A DNA stretch of 64,000 nt from positions 20,398,001 through 20,462,000 of the forward strand of contig CM022673.1 of assembly GCA_012295275.1 (NCBI GenBank), given 5' to 3'. Position numbers and translations under genes: made by a program. The stretch comes from Chrysomallon squamiferum (Eukaryota; Animalia; Mollusca). Positions 54,331 to 64,000 of this stretch are shown here, piece after piece (within the stretch, counting starts at the first letter, position 1; the number at the start of each line of letters is the position of its first letter). The notes under the pieces are model-generated. The model ran no database searches, was not told the DNA's origin, and was given only the letters and a program-made list of their open reading frames with translations.

Positions 54331-54847
54331 TTTCATATAGTGCATGATTTGTTCTGCAAGGAAATGTTGTGACATCAAGATCTATAGCTGTTTTCACGTA
54401 GTTAGGAAAACAGAGACACACACACACAGCGACACAGACACAGATATACATAAATATGTATATAAATTTGAAATTAACCACTTAATATCAGTACCTTTGA
54501 ATTAGTATTATTAGTAGTAGTAGTAGTAGAAATGGTAGTATTAGTAGTAGTAGTAGTAGTGATAACGGTAATAGTAATGGCACCAGTAGTATTAGTTGTT
54601 GTTGTAGAAGTAGTATTAGTAGTGGTACGATTAGTTGCTGTAGTAGAGTTAAGATTCATGTGGAGTGTGTTAAATTTGATTTATTATTTTCCATGGCTAA
54701 ACTTGAATATAAACAAGACATGTAAATGAATGTATAGATTTGTGTAAATAATCGACTCCACGATGAAGTGAGATTTCATATTAATTGGTATAAGTTAGTA
54801 CTATTGTTAGGTGATTCTCTATTGTTTTTATTTCTTTTTGTTTTAAG

Positions 54848-55932
<1,085 letters not shown>

Positions 55933-57234
55933 TATTTTCTAGATTTTCACTGGTTTTACATGAAACAATCGGTGATATTGCACACACACACACACACCCA
56001 CACACACACACACACACACGTATGCATCCAAACAATTAAAAAACAAATATTTTAACGAATTTTATTAACATTTTATTATAACTTGTTGTTATCAAAACCA
56101 GATGATAAGACGTAGATGATTTTGGTTATAGTTTGCAGAATGGGTTTAATAATTACGGACAGGTCAAATATTTTATTGATGTAATTATATTTTTATTACA
56201 GTTTCATTCCTTCAGACGCAAGACCTGCATGTCTAGAAATGTAGACAAACTGAACGAAAAAGAATATAGAGAAGAGAGAATGCGACATCGTATTTAAATG
56301 CAAACGCAAATATGTAATAAGAAAACTCTGTCGTTAGTATAGAGATTTAGTTCAGTATTTTGCACATACGAATCACAAGAGTGGCACCTTTCTCTTTTGT
56401 CTCACATTTAATAGCTATTTTATTTCTCTTAATAACTGGAGGGGTTTTTCTCTTCTTTGTTCGTAACCTTTTAGTGTGGATTATCTAAAAAAGACAGCCA
56501 TTTTGTTTCACTCTATCTAATTTACAACAAGTTCGTATTTTTAGTTAAATTCAGTCTAAAATATTATCTGTTAATTCGTGTTACTGTGACTGCATTGCTG
56601 CACCAGTGTTTAATGATAATTCTAGTATCACAATGTTGTTGTGTTGTTTTGTTGTTGTTTTTCTTTTCTTTTTTTATTAAGAAATCGATGAAATACGGCA
56701 TCATTAAATTTATACAGAGGTAATGAAATGTGCCGAGTAATAAAAAAAAGAATAGGTCATCGGTTTTCCAGGTCGAAGATTGAAGGAAACTATAAATAAT
56801 ATTCCATAACTGACCCAGATTTATTACTTAATTGTAAAATATGTGGTAAAGAATCTGAGCTAACCATGATAACAATTATCTCATTCCCGCTCTTTTCTTG
56901 CCGTTATCTTGTCATTAGTGATTCTGTTCTACTCCTTTATTTAGACTTTTTTTTTTTTATTAACCAAAAAGTATATTTGTTTCAAGAGTATCTTGGAAAT
57001 TAGCAGTAAATATTTGTATATACTCTAAATACATCAAAATGACGTTATGTTTATCTTTTTGGCTAATAACGATATATTTTCGTACTGGCAACAATACCTT
57101 TCCGATAAACTCATAAGACTTTAGTCTATACAAATATTATATATAAAATATTCTGTGGTAATACGAAAAGAAGTCTGCTGACATACGAATAATAATAATA
57201 ATAGTAATAATAATAATAATAATAAAGAAAATAA

Positions 57235-57540
57235 ACCTTCCTGCCCACCTCATCAAATTTCACATCTAAAAGTTTCCCAAATGATCTAAAAAAGAGGATT
57301 ATGTTTTTAATACTCACTAAATTGTCTGGGTTATTTTATGTTGTCAATGAGGTGCATGGACACTTACAGATGGAGTGAAAAAATATCTTCACGCTATATA
57401 TGAAGAGATAAACAAACTCCTTGTTTTCGCTATCATGAAGAACCTGGGATCTCTATACGGTGATAACTTCATCTATACTGACGGTACTTTCATCCACACG
57501 ACTATATCTACAGACCTACACATATCTACAGACCTTAGAA
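57235..57540 (+). mobile_element. MULE transposase relic (copy of 33590-33900)
   Basis: KLLVFAIMKNLGSLYGDNFIYTDGTF motif. Confidence 0.55.
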
Positions 57541-59204
57541 GAGCCTGGAGAAACACATCAGCAAAATGTCTGAACAGCAGAACTAAAGAAGATATCTCTT
57601 CTAGGATCAGCACAAAAATTAAGCTAAGGAGGGTTCTCTCTATCCAATAATTATTCTTTGTGCCCTAGGTCCATGGGTTATTTACCACTGTAAATGATAC
57701 TAAGGCTACTACTATTACTGCTACTACTCCAGTTACAACTATTAGTACTAAATAAACTAATATATATTTATATTATGTATGTATGTATGTATATAAAGCA
57801 TGATCGAAAAATAGAACTGTTAACAAATTAAACTGCTACAAAGTAAATAAATATATTAATAACGTAGATTTCTTACAGTTATGTACATACAGAGATATAT
57901 ATAAAATCACTAAATGGAAAGCATAATCTATTTCATAAAAATATATAATTGTTTTCATAGAAGTATATAATACATGCCATAGACGTATATAATACGTACA
58001 TTCATATAAGTACATAATAAAGTTAGACAATAATATAAACCGCATATGTGTATTAAAAAAAACATTCATTTATTTTTGTTTTTATTAGCTATTCGTGATT
58101 CATCTGTATCGAGATTTTTGTATAATTTTTACTTTTCAAAGTAATTATCTGACACTATTGATTTCTTGGTGAAAAAGAAAGCCTGTTACTTCGACATCTG
58201 ACAAGACACATAACTTGATGCAATTTTATATTTAAAATAAAAGAAAGATGCAATAACGATTACCAAAAAGATAGTCTTTAATCAGAGTTTGACCTTAGAA
58301 TTAGTTCTGTAGGCAGGATGTTATTTTAAAAAATATATACAATTAATACTTTTGATTATGAAGTGATTTTTAAACTGTAAAATGATACTGAGTCAATGAT
58401 TTCACTGTTTCTCTTAGAGAGAGAGATTGTGTGTGTGTGTGTCTCTGTATGTTTCTTCATATGTGTGTGGCCAGCTGACTAAGCTACATGTACATTAAAC
58501 AATGACATGAATAAAATAAATGTAACAAATGATAATGAGCATAATTGTTATGCCATAAACAAATTATCTAATTTTTATTGAAATATACTTGCCCGATTTA
58601 TAAAAATACTACTTTTCGATTTTTTTTAAATGAATTTTTTTACATATATATTTCTAAGATATATTCGATTTTTCATTTCCTTTTGAAACTAAGTGTTTCT
58701 TGGAAAATGCGAGACCATTAGAACAATCGAATTCGGGTCATTATATAATTTACTGCAATTGTTATTTTTTTTAAAGTTTATGACTGTATTTGTTTGAAAA
58801 CTTTGAAATACATGTAAATCGGTTGTATAGTTCATACTTTCTGTTCATAAAAATTAAGACATAATATTATTCACTTGAACATTTGTCCGTTTATTTGGTA
58901 TGTCGGTCGCTTTAAACAATTTTGGAATAATTCCAACACATACCGAAGTTTTGATAAAATTAGTAATTTCTTTATTCATTTAACATCTTTGTCTTGAGTA
59001 GGAATCTATTACAAATGACCGAGTTTAGCGCTGTTCCTGTGTCTGAGAAGAGAAGCACATTTTTTGTATGCACATTAAAAGACAGACATATATGCATCTA
59101 GATGATGTTTGTCAATTAAAGGGACTATAAGATATATTCTGCTTTGATGGAATTCTGGTTTAATGAGCGTCTAGTTCATAGTATATATGTGTATGTGTAT
59201 GTCT

Positions 59205-59211
<7 letters not shown>

Positions 59212-59294
<83 letters not shown>
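59212..59294. repeat. (TG)n microsatellite
   Basis: Pure TG run; similar (CA)n at 43143-43193 and (TG)n at 45871-45907. Confidence 0.97.
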
Positions 59295-59296
<2 letters not shown>

Positions 59297-62200
59297 TGAA
59301 GATATTTGGTATACCGGTAGTGTAGCAATGATTCACGGGGAAAAAGTAATTATAATCAAGTCCACAGCGAAGAATATCAAGCACAATAAGGCGAGCCAAA
59401 TGCTCATCAGATATATTCGCAATTCATAATGCATTCCTTAACATTATATAATTGTTCAACCTATATTATAAAATGGGTCGTTCTTCATTAAAAAATTGAT
59501 ACTTACAACAAACTTTTATTAGAACTGCTAACATTATTCGGACAAAGTCTTGAGAGAAAACTTGCTACAATTTACCATTGGCAGCAAGACGTGTTTCTTA
59601 TAATGCACCAACTGTTCAATAGACCAGAAACTGGCACTCAGTTTGTCCTCTAAGAAAGTTCGATTCTAAACAACGTTATGTAACTTTAGTTAATCAAGTT
59701 AGTGAATGCGTCGCACAGTCTTTTCTTCCTGTTTTTTTCTTTTAAAACAAGTTAAATTCGCGCTAACAGAACGAACCGTCGGTGATATTTTACTGTGCGA
59801 TGCTTTAATTGAATTTTTGTTTGTTTTTTCTATATGTGAATTTAATTAAAAATGTAACTAATGTGATACATATCTATCCTGGAATGTGCATCTCTACCGT
59901 TTGCCGTGTTAACGGCTAGTAAAACAAAATGGATTGAGATTTCTTGCTAGGATATTTCCTGTAAACAAACCTTTAACATCAGTGAAAACAAGTATTAAAT
60001 TACTAAAGCGCTGTAGATTATAACAACACAAATACATAACTGATTTTATAGTGTTTTTATGGTTATAAACAAAAAAAACAAAAAATAAAAATTAAACAAT
60101 AAAGAGATAAATAAAGAAACAAAGAAAAAAGAAAATAAAGTAAAAGAAAAAAGAAGAAAAAGAAAAACAATTTCTCAGTTCATGACAAGAAATAATTCCT
60201 ATAAATCTCTTTATTAACTAAAACAAGTCTATTCATTATAAGTTGTTTACCATAAACTATTTTTAATATTTGTTGTGGTGTTGTATCGAATTTCCCAGTT
60301 CCGTTGAGTCAGTTATAAATCTGTTTACAACAGAGGCAAAAGACCGGAAAATAGGAAAGAATCTTTCACATAAAATGCAGACACTATGTAATCTTTTCAC
60401 TCAAATGCATTAGTAAGAGATAAATATGCTATCAAATAAATACAACAGAAAATCAAATAATAATAATAATAACAACAACAACAACAATAATACTAATGAT
60501 AATTATTATTATTATTATTATAATTACAGTCATGACAACAACAACAACAGCAGTAAAGATGAAGAAAGAAAAGAATGAAAATGAATTCATATTTTTTCTG
60601 CGGATCATGCCGATTTGAATGTTGGGGAATTATTTTAATTTTTATTTTTATTTTAATGGGTATTTTGGTGGGTTTTTTTTTATAGAAATAAAATAACAAA
60701 TATAACGTCTACTTCTTTCAAACGGCAAAATGATATTCCTAAGACCTAAATATTATTTCAAATAAAAATAATTGTACAGTCCTGTTTTAGACATATGATA
60801 GGGCAAAATTTAGAGCATTCTTTGTAAATAATTACAATATGTAAAAAAACAAAAATATAGTCACATGTCGTTTGGAAGTTGTAGTAAAATGGAACGCGGT
60901 ATTCCGCTTTATAGTCTAAATATGCGACTGGATCAGGACAGTGCATGTGTCACAGTTTGATTCCTTCAGATACAAGTCCTTAAAAACAAATATTTGTAAT
61001 AAAAAAAATCTGTCACTAGTATAGGGATTCAATATTTCGCTTATGCGAATCACACGATTTTTTGTTTTTCATATATCAAATAACATATTGGATCACTTCT
61101 TTAATAATTTTTCACATGTATGTGTGTTTTTACCTTTATTTTTATTTTTTAATCATTTATTTATTTATTTTGATAATTTATTGCCCTTTAGTTTAAATGT
61201 AGCCAATATTTAATACTTTTACCGTTATTTCTATAGGAACATGTCTTTCAACAGTGATGTAATAATGGCTCATATGCCGCTAGAGCCGACACTAAAGTTA
61301 ATAAATATTTAATAAATCTGTTTATTGCATGTTTATAGTAATATTATTTTTCTAACAGGAAACCTTTTAGACACATTAGCACTCTGTTTGAAGCCAGCTT
61401 CGATATTGGCTTAGCAGTACTTGTAGGACTGGATGAAAGAAAGGACTGGATGTTGTGCTTTATCGTAAATACTTTGCCGGAATCCTTTGTGACAGGGGCA
61501 AATAGGTTATTTTATCACTGCTTTCATTTTGCCTTTCTGCAGCTGTGAACGGCGATGTTGCTAACTGATGGTACGTGATAAGAACAGAAGAGCTTGTTAC
61601 TTGGGTTTCTCAGGAGGACTAACTACTCATTCTAAATGTTCCAAAGGTTTTGCCTGAAAATATCCTCTTCTTCTGTTTTCCTCAGTTTTGATGATTCTCA
61701 CTTACTTCATACAGCCAAACGACAAGCCAAGTCAGTTCAAACCGCAGCTGTTTCTTTCTCAATACAAGACTGAAATAATTACACTAAAAATACAAAAGCA
61801 TTTTTTAAATTTATTTTATTTGGGCTTTGTTTTCCTTCCCCTATCTGGCTGCCACTTCTTCTTGCTTTCGTTTCTGGTTGGATATCTGCTTCAAACTGAA
61901 TTAAAATTATTTGTCATATGGGGCTTGGTTATCTCAACTGGTCTTTTATACCTTCATAGAGCAATTTCAGATTTGTTTTGGCGGTGTCCGGTAAGTAAAG
62001 TCATAGGAAGCTGATAAGTATTCATTAATATAGTAAACTTATTTATCTGAATGCCTAAGCACGCATGTTTATATTAAATTTTGTTATGGTGTAAAATGTT
62101 CTCTTTTATATCTGACAAAATAATCGGTTGATAAAAAGATATTAATAAATAATTTAAAAAATATTAAAAGCGAAATGAATGACTAAACCCATCTGCAAAT

Positions 62201-63218
62201 ATATGACAATTCTAAAAACATGTAAGACAAATTAATAACATAATAAACTTTCCATAAATAACATTAACTAAGATTATGTCAAACAAAAATTAAAAGGAAA
62301 ATGTACTTATCTGTAACTTAATGATTTTTATCGTATAAATAAATAATAAAGAATGAGATCCCTTGGATAATTAATTAAACTATAAATAATAGTTAATTAT
62401 CGCTGAATAATCCTGATCGAATATAAAAGAAAAACGATTGTAATTTATGTTCATATTAGTATTTAAAAGCAAAATTCACTCGTTTGACATTATAAATCTC
62501 TCTAGATTATAGCAGCAAAAAATAATAGTAACAATTTATAAATCGAAATAAATTAACTAAAAAAGAAATAAAGAAGGTAGAAAAAGAAAGGAATAAAATA
62601 TGATTTATGATATAGATATAGATTAATAAAAAATCTTTATGCATATACATGATTAAAAAAAGAAGAAAAACAAAGAGAAAAAAAAGCCAAATTTATGTAA
62701 TGCAATTTCCTTAAATTATCACTAATAAAGTTGTTGTCCTTTTTGTTTGTCTTTTTATCCTCATCATCATTAGAACATGCTTTAATGAGTAACAACGTCC
62801 ATTGACTTTCCTGTATAATATACCTAATGTGTCGTTATTTTGTCTAGACAATAGTTTTACTTTCTTCACATAACCCTAAATGTCTTTTATTAATGTTCAC
62901 AGTATACTTTTAATAATCCATTAAAAAAGATACAAATCATTAGACGTCTATTAACATTTCATAAACAAACTGGGTTACATTAAACACCTTAACAAAAAAA
63001 AAAAAATAAGAAAACATAAGTGCTATATCTGAATTAGAATAAATATATTTATATAAATAAATTTATATTTATATATAAGTATATATACAGACTGTTTCAT
63101 TTAATTTGTATTTGTTACATGTTTATTAATTGGTTTTTAACTGGAAAATATTCGACTTAAGAAACAAAAATCATAATTATAATAAAATAACTAAAAAAAA
63201 AAATAAAAAACAGTAGCA

Positions 63219-63262
<44 letters not shown>

Positions 63263-64000
63263 CTATTATTTTATTAATATTGAACCAAGTATTCGCATAA
63301 ATGATCGATATTTATTATGAAAATTTCCTAAGCTATGTTAGAAAATACGGCTAAAGAACAATGCAGATATATTAGTTCGCCTAAAAGTTTAAATTTATAA
63401 AATTATTTTTATTGCTATTAAAAAGAAAACTAAAAAGCACTCTTCCATTTAAAAAAATATATGAAATTTTCTTTTAGCAGCAGAAAAGAAATGTATTTGA
63501 TTTTGTAAAATTCTTTAATAGTGAAGGAATATTCAGATGACCCAGTCGGAGTGTAGTGCCTGTCCCTTAAACAAACTTTTCTTCCTGCGTCAGAGGAAAA
63601 GGTGACAATGAGAAAGCTTAGTTTCTTGAAAGCATTTGGCTAAGAAAAGACATGACTAAAATGCACTGAAATGTGCCCGTCTTAATGTCTATAAACTGTG
63701 ATAGTAGACTAATAAACGTTGTTATAAAATTGGTACCAGACACACCGAGTTCTGAAAAAACAAACCCACTTCCCATTTCATCTTTCACACCTTAGAAGAG
63801 GCATCAATAAAATTGCCAGACCCATATTTGCTAGGGCCAGAACTGCCACATGTAAGGAAATTGTAATATGGATATTATGAGTTAATTATACTACAGCCAT
63901 AAAGCATAGCTGAAATACATAAGACAGAGGTGCGGGTGAAGAAAACGCTCATTATGAAACTGTTAGATATCATAATAGCAGTTAAGTAACAATCTCCACA

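Noticed and set aside
59290-59670. DEDIWYTGSVAMIHGEKVIII segment, and the unit-4-specific GC-richer block at ~61480-62020
   Set aside because: Probably decayed transposon fragments, but I could not recognise a diagnostic motif.

Overview
AT-rich, microsatellite-rich eukaryotic (animal) DNA with spliceosomal introns. An invertebrate, plausibly a mollusc, is my inference from gene content and is not provable here. The whole window is a degenerating tandem array of about four related units, starting at ~1, ~15870, ~25028 and ~47476. Each unit carries three elements: (i) a minus-strand gene for a secreted signal peptide-PAN/Apple-Sushi(CCP)-GON domain protein, (ii) a divergently oriented, decayed plus-strand paralog of it, and (iii) a single-coding-exon class A aminergic/TAAR-like GPCR on the plus strand. 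GPCRs: 6522-7538 (intact), 22468-23483 (1-nt frameshift), 38074-39090 (intact); a fourth is predicted just past the right edge. One PAN-CCP-GON gene is intact: five exons at 43250-47516 (-), 367 aa, assembled by hand with consistent splice phases. The other copies are pseudogenes or fragments. Units 3 and 4 also carry Tc1/mariner, Gypsy and MULE relics. Most short ORFs in the supplied track are microsatellite or low-complexity artefacts. All homology calls are motif recognition by eye; no searches were run.
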